Of a stretch of DNA of 64,000 nt, positions 39,766-51,423 are shown piece after piece. The translations under genes were made by a program, and so were the position numbers. This stretch comes from Octopus sinensis (taxonomy: Eukaryota), in assembly GCF_006345805.1 (NCBI RefSeq), contig NC_043003.1, forward strand, positions 69,254,001-69,318,000. Direction: 5' to 3'. The notes under the pieces were generated by a model. The model had not been told where the DNA came from. It did no database searches and saw only the letters and a list, made by a program, of their open reading frames with translations. Each line of letters opens with the position of its first letter. The first letter of the stretch is position 1.

Positions 39766-39810
39766 CACACGCTGACGAGAGGTCAATACCTCGAAACTCG
39801 AGTCCGTGTG
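39766..39810 (+). ncRNA. Type I hammerhead ribozyme (predicted cleavage after C39804)
   Basis: Same fold exactly 353 nt downstream, with a fully Watson-Crick stem II gaggt/acctc. Confidence 0.92.
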
Positions 39811-40136
39811 TATCATAAGTTGAAGACGGGAAGGATGACTTCCCTTTGCAAATACTGACAGGACACAGAAAGTGTGTCTATGGCCAGCTGGAGGAGTGTG
39901 TCCTCCTGGGGCTAAAAACTACAGTAGCATCCACCCTTAGGGGTTAGCCATATTGAAATGGCAAAAATACGTCACGTTATATATATATATATATATATAT
40001 CGGCGCAGGCGTGGCAGTGTGGTAAGAAGCTCGCTTCCCATTGCATGGCACCTTTAGTAAGTGTCTTCTACTATAGCCCGGGCCGACCAAAGACTTCTGA
40101 GTGGATTTGGTAGACGGAAACTGAAAGAAGCCCGCC

Positions 40137-40181
<45 letters not shown>

Positions 40182-40360
40182 TAATCCAAACAAGAAAACA
40201 CAGAAAAAAAAGAGAAAAAACACAGCAACGCAGGACGTGGAACAATTAAAGTATTATTGACGCTAAGGGAAGGAGGGTTTAACGTTTCGAGCGGAGCTCT
40301 TCGTCGGAAACAAGGAGAAGGAAAGATCCCAAGGAGGGAAGACAGAGGAGAAAATATTTG
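40182..40360 (-). mobile_element. Penelope-like fragment with CCGACGA-core hammerhead-like motif (40277-40311), inserted in a SINE-A microsatellite
   Basis: Minus strand gttt-CCGACGA-A-gagc tcc gctc-GAAA-c-GTT-aaac. Confidence 0.55.
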
Positions 40361-40901
40361 AGCTGGTTGTGCTCAAGAGATCACATGTTGATGTACATAT
40401 ATGTTTGTGTGTTTGAGTCTGTATTTGTCCACCCAACCCCAACCCCTTCGCTTGTCTACCACCATCTTCTTCGCTTCACAACTGATGTTGGTATCTTTAT
40501 GTCCCCGTAACCTAGCGGTTCGGAAGAAAGTGAACGATAGAATAGGTACTAGGCTTACAAAGAATAAGTCCGGGGTCGATTTGTTCGACTAAAGGTGGTG
40601 CTCCAGCAAGGCCGTAGTAAAATGACTGAAGCAAGTAAAAGAATATATATATATATATATATATATAAATGTTATATGCACGGGTGTGTGCTAGTATGTA
40701 TGTATAAATGTATGTACGTATGTATGTATGTATGTATGTATGTATGTATGTATGTATGTATGTATGTATGTATGTATGTGAAGTTTTTTAATATATACAG
40801 TAGTCCATTTTACGATAATGAATTATATATGCCCCGATAGTGCTGCATATCTAGATGTTAACTATACATATTATATATACATATATATATACACACACAC
40901 A

Positions 40902-41064
40902 TATACCAGTTGAATAAAGTTAAAATGTGGTTTGGTTTTCACGTTTTTTACTATGGTATTTTTAACATTAAAATATGACCATTACAAAATATTTTTTAAT
41001 GTTAAAATACCATAATAAAAAACGTGAAAACCAGACCATGTTTTAACTTTATTCAACTGATATA
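40902..41064. repeat. AT-rich hairpin, ~74-bp arms and 14-nt loop, in TA-rich microsatellite
   Basis: 40902-40975 is the near reverse complement of 40990-41064. Confidence 0.85.
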
Positions 41065-41464
41065 TATATACATGCATACATATATATATATACCTATATA
41101 CATATAGATAGATATACATACACACACATATACATATATATATGGGAGAAAGAAAGAATTCATGAGACTTTGTATTATCCACTACGATCGTCTGGACCCA
41201 TCGTGCACCGATGCCTCGCGGACGCGGATGAGATGCTATACAAACAGTCATTTTGGAAGTGTCTTGTCAGGCGATTTTTCAAATCGTAGCTGGTTTCTTC
41301 ATCTCCAATTTTCTCATTTCTTTTAGAACACATTTTGGTAGTTTTAATGTGTTTCTCGCTTGAGTTTGTCCATGATTTTATTTCCTAAATACTTTTGTTG
41401 ATGAAAAATCATGTGCAAAATAGCATGAAATCCCGAGTTTATTAATTATTTTACTCGTTAAATA

Positions 41465-43243
41465 TTAGATTGAAAAATAAGTCTTGTCGCATTTCAAAAT
41501 GGAAAAGAAACAAGTGAATTATTCGGCCTCAATTGATAAATTTAACGAAGAATGTATTTCCCTTCATCATTGATAACATAATCCCTTCTATTTAACAAAT
41601 TGTTGGTCCCTCGGGTATAACGTTCTTCAGGTTTTGAAGCAAAGAAACCCTTGAAATAATGTTTAACCTTCCCAATTAATTATCTGCTTACCCTCAAAAT
41701 AATGTCCCCAACGATCTGAAAATATGATAGTCAGATGGATCGAGGTCGGGAGAGTAAGGAAGATGAGACAAAAACTTCCATATCTAGTAGCATCATCTTT
41801 TCTTGAGTGAATAGGCTCATACGTGGTCTTGTATTGTCGTGTAAGAGCAACACACCTTTACAATTGACCAATGATGGCTACTTTTTCTGCAATGCTCCTC
41901 TGCATCAACTGTTTCGTTATGGTTTAACCCGTCGTGATAGACGACTCTCTTCATATCTTTCCACCAAACACAGAGCATAACTTTTCTCTCGGATGTGGTC
42001 CTGGTTTTTCAGGATGGATTCTCCTGTTTCATTGGATGCTAACCATTGTCTTTTTCGTTCGATATGATTAGAGAGAATCCACTTTTCCTCATCTCTGATA
42101 ATTCTACCCCGGGGTAAGTTTGGTAACTCGTCTACTCTTCAATGACGAAGAGAAGGTAACATTTTGATTAAGCTGAGAAGAAGTCAAACGATGAGGTATC
42201 CACTTCTCGTTCATGAAGGTGTTTTAAAATCAAGGGTTGACTTGAACTGAAGAGCTTTGCTAATTCCTGAGTTGTTTGCTTTGGAAATTCCTCTACTACG
42301 GTTTTTAGAAACTTAATATTCTCAGAAGCTTAATATTCTCTGAACTTCACCTGGTCGTACAAATCAAGGGAAATCTGCGAATGCATAATTTCCCGAGAGA
42401 AACTGGCCAAACCCTTTTGGCATGCCTGGACAGCGAATTTTTTTTCCTCGAGAGTTCCGGACCCCAGTTATGAACTCATTTGCATACAGCCAATCAGAGC
42501 TCAATTATAAACTAATTTATGAGCACATAACAAGTGATGGGCGATAAGGTCATTTGGGTAAGAAATGACCATGCTTCTTTTCTCTTTTGATAATGCTTGT
42601 TGTTCTGGTTCATTTTCCAACCATGGCTGCCACTGCATAATTATTTGTGTTGTTGTTTACTTTGTAAAACAGTAGGGGAGAGGGTTGCTAGCACGTCACC
42701 CTCTACCCACATTTTTCCCATCCACATCTTTACCATATGGGGCCCTAACAAAATCCGATAACAGTTATAGATGCAAATCTATCTCATAATTTGATGATCT
42801 GTCGACTTACAGCACAGTTCTTCGTCATCAGTTTACTTGTAGAGTGTGTTTCTCTACTTAACAACAAGGTCAAGGTGAGCTCTGATTGGCTGTATGCAAA
42901 TGAGTTCATTACTGGAACTTTCGTGGGAAAAATAAAATCTCGCTGCCCGAGCACGTAAAGCTTCATTTCCATAAACAGAACGAATATTTCTTGTTGCTTT
43001 CATTGCTGAATAGCCTCTTTTGAATAAACACAGTATGCAGTGTCCGATATAAGTCTGAACGAAATCCATTTTAAAAGGGTTAAAATTAATAAGAATGTAA
43101 CCACTGTGGTTACTTTAGTATTCACCAAAGACAGACAAATATATCAGAATGTAAAACTTAAGTTCATTTTACCATAAGTATTGAAAAAGTAACCTCGAAG
43201 TGATCATGTGAAAAAGTGCAAGAAAAATTCCTTTCCAACCTAA
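41465..43243 (-). mobile_element. Full-length decayed mariner (DD34D) transposon with both TIRs
   Basis: TIRs ttagattgaaaaataag / ctttccaacctaa flanked by TA. N-terminus MDFVQTYIGHCILCLFKRGYSAMKATRNIRSVYGNEAL starts at 43069; later pieces KKVMLCVWW, LLLHDNTRP, PYSPDLDPSDYHIFRSL. Confidence 0.88.
42421..42955. mobile_element. MITE with ~80-bp TIRs nested in the mariner
   Basis: 42421-42503 is the reverse complement of ~42876-42955; the mariner reading frame resumes on either side (EAL | QKGLASFLSG). Confidence 0.75.
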
Positions 43244-43677
43244 TACATTTATTTGAAAATCTTAAACGAGTGACTGTGTGGTAAGTATCATAGCTTGCTT
43301 ACCAACCACATGGTTCTGGGTTCAGTCCTACTGCGTGGCACCTAGGACAAGTGTCTTCTACTATAACCTCGGGCCGACCAAAATCTTGTTAGTGGATTTG
43401 GTAGAAGGAAACTGAAAGAAGCACGTCGTGTGTGTGTATGTATGTATATGTTTGTGTGTCTGAGTTAGTTCCCCCACCATCGCTTGACAACCGATGTTGG
43501 TGTATTTACGTAGCGGTTCGTCAAAAAGAGTCCGATAGAATAAGTACTCGGCTTACAAAGAATAAGTCCTGTGGTCGATTTGTTCGACTAAAAGGCGGTG
43601 CTCCAGCATAGCCACAGTCAAATGACTGAAGTAAATAAAAGAATAAAAGAATATACATATTTTATATTTTATATTTC

Positions 43678-44196
43678 ACTAGCAGTATCGCCCGGCGTTG
43701 CTCGGGTTTGTAAGGGAAATAACTATATAAGCATTTTTAGAGAGTTACTTCCCTTATAGATGCCAATTCGGGCTTTCTTAGCCATTTCTGTTTTGGTGTC
43801 TTCAAGCCATGAAGTCGTTGTTCTAAAAGAACGCTGGTCTCCTTGACAACGCATTACGACGTTGATTTCCTTAAACTCCCTTCCCCACAGCTTCACGAGG
43901 GAGGGAAGAAGGGGGAGAAGCAAACACAGGTGCAGGTGTTTGAGCGTGGACGCCAACTCCGCCGCCATCGACACACGAAAAATTATGCATTAAAATGGAA
44001 TAAAAAAGGATGTTAAATTATTTTTTAAATCGTAGACTCATCGTAGACGCGCGCTAATAGCCAGACGGGCTCGATATGAATCCCGACTATAAGATACCCG
44101 AATTTGGTTAAACTGCACCGCAAAATGTGGGAGGAGTTAGGAATCTAAATCGTAGGAGGCAGACACTCACACAACTACAGTTTTATATATATAGAT
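43678..44196 (+). mobile_element. Non-autonomous Helitron/Helentron-like element with extra 221-bp internal segment
   Basis: Same termini as 21446-21741, plus 43757-43977, which the shorter copy lacks. Confidence 0.65.
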
Positions 44197-44480
44197 TTCT
44201 TGCAGATTGTGGCCATGCTGGGGCACCACCCTGAAGAATTTTTAGTCGAAGGAATCAACCCCATTACATTTTTCTTTTTTGCTTTTTACTTTTTTTTGCC
44301 TGGTACTTATTCTATCGATTACTTTTGCTGAACTGTTAAGCTATGGGGACAGAAACACCTTTAACACCAGTTGTCAAGCAATGGTAGGACACAGACACAA
44401 ATACACACACACACACGCACGCGAACTTATACATATATACACACATATGTATATAAATATACATAAATACATACGTATAC

Positions 44481-44543
<63 letters not shown>

Positions 44544-45210
44544 GTGTGTGTGTGTGTGTGTGTGTGTAAATATAGATAGATAGATAGATAGATAGATGCA
44601 CGACGGGTTTCTTTCAGTTTCCGTCCACCAAATCCACTCACAAGGCTCCAGTCTTACCAAGGATGCCTCACTTCGCAGTGAGACTGAACCTGGAACCATG
44701 TGGTTGGGAAGCAAAGCTTGGTACCACAAAACCATAACTGCACCTATATTTCTCTCTCAACATAACAAATAAAACTGAAGCCTACACCTGACCCTACCTA
44801 CCGACACCTAGCTGTGGGTGAATATTACATTGTACAAAACTAAAACTATTTCCAAAATATCGATAACAGATGGTAACAATGATTGTTTTTTAAAACTACG
44901 CGCCAAAAAAATTATAGATGCAAAAACAGTAAAAAAAAAACTCCCGATAAACATGTGTTGCCTTATGTTATTAGTCGTCTTTTGTAAGGTTTCTATTCAA
45001 CAAAAGTATATTTTTTTTATTTGTTATAACTATTCATGCGTGTTTTATTCCGTTCTCATCTCTAACTCCATACAAAGTAATTGATTAGAAAAACCCATGG
45101 CGTTTTGGGTTCAATCCCACAGCTCGACATCTTATGTTGCAAGTGTCTTTTACTGTAAGCCTTGGGCCGACCAAGTGAATTTAAGACAGAAACTGTGAAA
45201 GCCGGTCGTA

Positions 45211-45546
45211 CTCCAGCGTCACCGTGAGCGATACATCATTTGCACAATGTGGAGAATATACCACCAGGATTACCCAGACGATCTCAACATTAGCTTGAAA
45301 ATTCATCCAAGGTTAGGACCACAACACATAAATACACTGCAACACAATTTTTTTTCCTCAACAGGGCCTGCCCTATTTAACTTTGTCCTGAAACAGATCA
45401 AAGAGGAAAAGGATCCCATCACCCTTAAACGGAATCTGGACAAATTTCTTCAAGGAATGCCAGATAAGCCACCTATACCTGGATACAACTCATTCGACAA
45501 TAACTCCCTACTCGAATGGACCGTGATTCCACAAAACTTGACTTAA
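45211..45546 (+). mobile_element. CR1/L2-group LINE ORF2 C-terminus
   Basis: LQRHRERYIICTMWRI...HPRLG...FSSTGPALFN...KRNLDKFL..MPDKPPIPGY....NSLLEW. Confidence 0.8.
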
Positions 45547-46109
45547 AAAGGATTTAGATAATTCTATCAGGTGATGTTATTAAGTTAGACGTGGCCTGGT
45601 CCAATCTTTGGTCGAAACATATCTAAGTTATATCCGTTGATAAAGATTTTGCAAATCCATGAACCAAGATACAATTTCAGTATCATGCCTATTATTATTA
45701 ATATTATTGGAGCAGTGAGATATGTAACGACCCGTCTGGAGCAAAGTCCGGGAGAATTTCGGTTCTTGGAGAGAGAATCCAATTCCTCAATTCATACACT
45801 ACAAATGATCGCGATATCTGGATCGATAAAAAATCTGCAAGAGTTTCTTAAGATTTAAAGGATGGTGAACAAAACGAGATGCTTTCTTTCACATCCTTGC
45901 TACCAAGCAAGCGGCCGGTCAGAATTAACTCTAAACTAAAAAGAAAATGAGATAATATTCGCACGTCCCTACATGCACAAGCATGCAGTCAACAACAGAC
46001 GTGCAGGCGTAGAGGATCGTTTAAAATTTCTTTTGGTGCGTTTTCTAGTTATGCCAAATCCTCCAGCCTAAATCAAAGGTTTCTTTCTCCAATGCAGATT
46101 TTAAATTTA

Positions 46110-46673
46110 CTGTAATCCCTCGACAATCACGGGTGTTACATTCCAAAACACCCCGCGATAGGTGAAAATCCGCGAAGTAGAAACAGTACTGATCTGTATA
46201 CTTTTTAAAATTATTTTTATAATTTGTATATTTTTATTTTATTATAAATGCAAAACAACACCACGGAGGAATCAACGTAAGCTTAAACAAGAGCACTCAG
46301 AGAGCGCAAACCTCCGCCAAGGCAGCACCAACGTCCTCTCAACGATTAGCCAGAGATGATTTTTTAAATGAGAATATCTGAAATAAAGTTGACTGCTCTC
46401 ACAAACGAGAATACCAAAAAAAAAAACCCCGACCGGTCTCAAAAATGAAGTAAAAAGACCAGAAAAATAACCCAGAAAACTTGTCCGGTACTGGATCGAT
46501 CCTAAAATCTAATCAGTTCGTATCAGTCACGAAGCCAAACATCCCTGAAAGTTTCATCCGAATCCATCTAGCAGTTCTTGAGACAAACAAACATACAAAC
46601 ACGACTGAAAACAATAATGAACCGCGGTTGGTGAACCGCGGTAGGTGAACCGCGATATAGCGAGAAATTACTG
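46110..46673. mobile_element. Tigger/pogo-like MITE with nested insertion
   Basis: ta|ctgtaatccctcgac ... gcgagaaattactg|ta. The motif ccgcgataggtgaaaatccgcgaagtag recurs at ~55886 and 57194. Confidence 0.65.
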
Positions 46674-47579
46674 TATATCTTACATCAAGCGAAATTTCAC
46701 CAGCACGATCATAGCTGAAATTAACAACAGCGACGGAAACAGCCCTGCCTGCCGACTAACTCGCACATTACAAATACATTTTGTAAGTGGAACAGTAAAA
46801 CTATGCAAGACTTTCTCAAGTTTAAAATGTGACTTTGCTTTTGCTATCTGCGTTTCAACGCAGGAGATTTGTATCTTTGTTCAAAACCATCTCCTTCTTC
46901 AGAGGTAAAATCTAAATAATTAGAAACAAAAGAAAACTATATATTCATTCATATATATATTCATAAGCGCAGGCGTGGCTATGTGATAAGAAACTTTCTT
47001 GCCGACCACATGGTTCCGGGTTCAGTTCCACTGCGTGGCACCTTGAGCAAGTTTATTCTTCTATAGCCTTAGGCCAACCAAAGCCTTTTGAGTGGATTTG
47101 GTAGACGGAAACTGAAAAAAACCCGTCGTGTGTCTCTGTGTGTGTGCGTGCGTGCGTATGTGTGTATATCTTTGTGTCTGTGTTTATACCCCATATCACC
47201 GCTTGACAACCGGTGTTGGCGTGCTTACGTCCCTGTAATTAAGCGGTTCGGCTGAAGAGACCGATGGAATAGGCTTTAAAAATGAGTCCTGTGGTTTGAT
47301 CGGGTAAAACCCTTGAAGGTGGTGCTCCAGTATGGAAGCAGTCAAAAGACTAACAGTAAAAGACTACATACATACACACGCATACATACATACATACATA
47401 CATACATACATACATACATACATACATGCATACATACACACATATACACACATACACACACATACATACAAACACACATACATACATACATACATACATA
47501 CATACATACATACATACATACGTACGTACGTACATACATACATACATACATACTACATACATACATACATACATACATA

Positions 47580-47816
47580 CAGGGTGGCCCAAAAGTAGGT
47601 TTACAATTATCATGTAGGCACTTTAAATTTCTTTTAAAACATTTATTGCATTAAAATTTCTATCGTACAATCTGAAAAGGGAGCTTGACAAAATTAATTA
47701 AATTAGCATAGAATAATGGCTTCATATTTTTTTTATATAATTAAAATCTAAACTGTTAATATATGAATGCGAAAGAGACAGTTGAATAACTGTAAACCTA
47801 TATTTGGGCCACCCTT
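47580..47816. mobile_element. Tc1/mariner MITE
   Basis: ta|cagggtggcccaaaagtaggtttaca ... tgtaaacctatatttgggccaccctt|ta. Confidence 0.85.
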
Positions 47817-47914
47817 TACACATATACGTATATACAAACCCAGAAAGAACATGTCTGTTCAGAAGATTAAAACCATAAGCTGTAAAAATATGTAAAACTT
47901 CATGAAGAGCCTTA

Positions 47915-48478
47915 TATGCCACGCCATCCATACCTTCGCCCATATGCAACGCCGTCCATACCTTCGCCCATATGCCACGCCATCCAGACCTTCGCCCATA
48001 TGCAACGACATCCATACCTTCGCCCATATGCAACGCCATCCATACCTTCGCCCATATGCAACGCCGTCCATACCTTCGCCCATATGCAACGACATCCATA
48101 CCTTCGCCCATATGCAACGCCATCCATACCTTCGCCCATATGCAACGCCATCCATACCTTCGCCCATATGCAACGCCATCCATACCTTCGCCCATATGCA
48201 ACGCCATCCATACCTTCGCCCATATGCAACGCCATCCATGCCTTCGCCCATATTCAACGCCATCCATACCTTCGCCCATTTGCAACGCCATCCACACCTT
48301 CGCCCATATGCAACGCCATCCATACCTTCGCCCATATCCAACGCCATCCATACCTTCGCCCATATGCAACGCCATCCATACCTTCGCCCATATGCAACGC
48401 CATCCATACCTTCGCCCATATGCAACGCCATCCATACCTTCGCCCATATGCAACGCCATCCATACCTTCGCCCATATG
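47915..48478. repeat. 28-bp minisatellite, ~20 copies
   Basis: Unit catccataccttcgcccatatgcaacgc. Confidence 0.97.
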
Positions 48479-49112
48479 TTTAAACATACATAACCGCATG
48501 CATACATGCATACATACATACACACACACTCATGCATACATTCATAAATGCGTACACATATTCATGAATGTATGCACACATTCATAAATGCATACATACA
48601 TATATTCATATATATGCATACATCGAATCATACATAGGTAGGTATGTGAGGTATATCCAAATAAGATGGTGGTTTATTTGTTAATACTGGTTTCAAATTT
48701 TGGCACAATGCCAGCATTTATTTGTTAAAGCGGCGAGTTGACAGAACCGTTAGCACGCCGGCAAAACACTTAACAGCATTTTGTTCACCTTTATGTTCTG
48801 AGTTCAAATTCCGCTGGGGTCGACTTTGCCTTTCAACCTTTCGGGTTCAACTTGTTCGACTAGTTGAACACTGGGGTCAATGTTATCGACTCACCCCTTC
48901 AACTAAAACTGCTGGCTTTGTGCCAATATTTGAAAGCAATTTTAAAATCTGTATCTGGACGGCGAGGTGGCTGGAACGTTAACACGCTGGACAAAATGCT
49001 TTGTGGCGTTTCGTGATATTAGTTGGATTTGAATACAGAATGAGTGAGTGTCGGAAGAAGATATATCGATGGGTGTGTGTCCATTAGTTGTTTCCTCTTC
49101 AACACACGCACA

Positions 49113-49178
<66 letters not shown>

Positions 49179-51423
49179 TTATATACATGTATGCGTGTGT
49201 ATATAACTGGGTGTGTGTGTCTTCTTTCACTGATTTCAATCAGTTAAATGAGTCTCTGCTGTGGGACGCTTTCAAGTGTTTGAAATCGATAATTTCGCAC
49301 TTATGGACTCAAGTCCAAATTTAATTGATCGATGTTTTTTTTTTTTTGTATAAAATCAATATGTAAGGAAGATAAAGGGAGACCACGTGAACACAACCGC
49401 TGGTTTAATACATGTGTGAGTGTGTATGTGTAGACGCACACGCACACACACATACAGTATTTTTACCGGAAAATGTTTGGCAGTAACTGGGAAGTATCGG
49501 TTCGGTTGCCGCCTTTGTCTGATGGGGAAAAGAACGAAAAGAATCTAACGGAAAAAATTGCTTTAAACATTACGAGGAGACGTATACTTCCTGCGAAAGA
49601 GAAAATCTCTCTGCAGAGGAAGAATTTACATCTTACGAAGAACTAAGTACCTACCAGATGGGACTAGCCTTCAACTGATTGAAACGAAATTCACAACCAT
49701 TTATAAAGAAAACAAAGATTTGTAGTAGCTTCATGTAGGCATGGCGTGGATTCGATCCTCGATAGCCGAATTTCATTTAACAGTTCAACAACACTTTTCT
49801 CACTGTAAAAAAATAATTTTTCTGTGAGTGACAGCAGTAATATTTTCCAGATGCCTTCACTAAGCAGAATAATGTCTTGCCATTTGAACCTTCTAACCTC
49901 ATCTAGGCCACTAAAAGCTAGAATAGAGATAACAAACCACCAACGAAATCCATTGTTCTCAACAATATGTCTCTCCTTCTGACTAGTTTTGGATAGTTAT
50001 AAAAACAAGAACTCTATAAGCCATTGTCCGAGTCTGGCTGACCGGCTGAACAAAATGCCGTCTCTGAAAGAAAAGGCACAAAAGAACAACTATGGTAACT
50101 CACCAACGAAGCAGTTGTTTCGTCCCACCACTCTCACTTTCACTAACTCTCTTTCTTTTCTCTGTTACATTACCATATCTCTCTCTTTATACTATTATGA
50201 GATCGTGTACACACATATACAGGCCGAAATTAACTTTCTCTACCTTGCATGCTTTACGAACTGTGTTATACTATTACACTAACCTATCCGTGTTATACTA
50301 TTACACTAACCTATGGCATATATCAAAGTAACGGTAAATAAATATTTCTGTACAACTTCGATCACTGTTCTTCTTTCACATCTTACAACATGCCGTTGCA
50401 ATAAACCTTTGTCGTTACAGATCTAGTAATTTACTTTGGTGAAATAAACATCGGACGCATTACTCAGAGGTATTGAAAGTTCTTCTAAATTTATTTCAAT
50501 GTCGGAAACCCTTCCGTTTCGTCTGCAGATATTTCAAGCCTGTATGCTTCCCCTGAGTGGGACTACGAAGATAGAAATGGACTTCGCGTGTAGTAGGGTT
50601 TCATCTGGAGTCTCTTGTCAACTACAGCCACCGCGAGCTGGCTTTAGCTGCCACGCCTATCTCCTTGGTGGTTTTATTTAGTTGTCTGGAAATAGTGCAA
50701 GACCCACCCGGAATGCGGTGGCAGCCGACTTCAACAATGAATGAGACTGCATGCCATTTCTTGACAAATGACCTCGTCACCCAAGTTCTGATATTTGATT
50801 TTCTTAAGCAGGTGAGAAATATCTGCCCTCTTATGACGCAATAGGTTCAACCACAATGATTGATTTTGCATTCCTGGAAAGTAAGAACGAGTCTGATCGG
50901 AGTGATGTTACCGTTAGCTCCTCCAAGAAGACGAGTCTGCACTTCAGGTCTACTTCCATCTCTCAGTCCGAGCCTGGATGCAGAGTAGAAAACGGATCCC
51001 CCAAAAATAATATTTAAGGAACAGCCAAACGAAGTATTGACTGAGAAGGAAAAGGGGTCTCGATTTAAACAGTATAAAAGCGGCAAATAATAGTTTAAAT
51101 CTCAGACTTTATGAAGTATCATATTTCAGTGATTCGGAAGACATTCGCTCAGTTGCACCAACCCTTTGTGGAAGATGTTTGGATTCTACAACCCTGAGCA
51201 TCACTGTAAAGAAACACGGAACAGTTATCAAAGAAAAGGGGAATCAGATCCATGCAAGTGGAGATTAAAATTTTTTTATGTATTTTATTTTTTACTTGTT
51301 TCAGTCATTAGACTGCGCCATGCTGTGGTACTGCCTTGAAGGGCCGTGATCGAACAAATTGCCATTGTGGAGTTATGCCGAAAGAGCTGTTCTCATGTGT
51401 AGAACGGATTTAATAAAAGTTTA

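Larger units (their letters stand above)
38897..39978. mobile_element. Retrozyme-like array: 353-bp non-coding unit, one inverted partial copy (38897-39219) plus ~2.15 direct copies (39219-39978), in a (TA)n site
   Basis: agcatccacccttagggg recurs at 39220, 39573 and 39926; the two full copies differ at only 2 positions. 38897-39219 is the reverse complement of the unit. Each full or inverted copy contains a hammerhead fold. Confidence 0.9.

Noticed and set aside
39314-39858. Two near-identical 63-aa ORFs in the 353-bp repeat
   Set aside because: TTG starts, not conserved in the diverged 51.5-kb relative, whereas the RNA structure is conserved.
47722-48587. Six overlapping ORFs of 91-271 aa
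   Set aside because: All derive from the stop-free 28-bp minisatellite.
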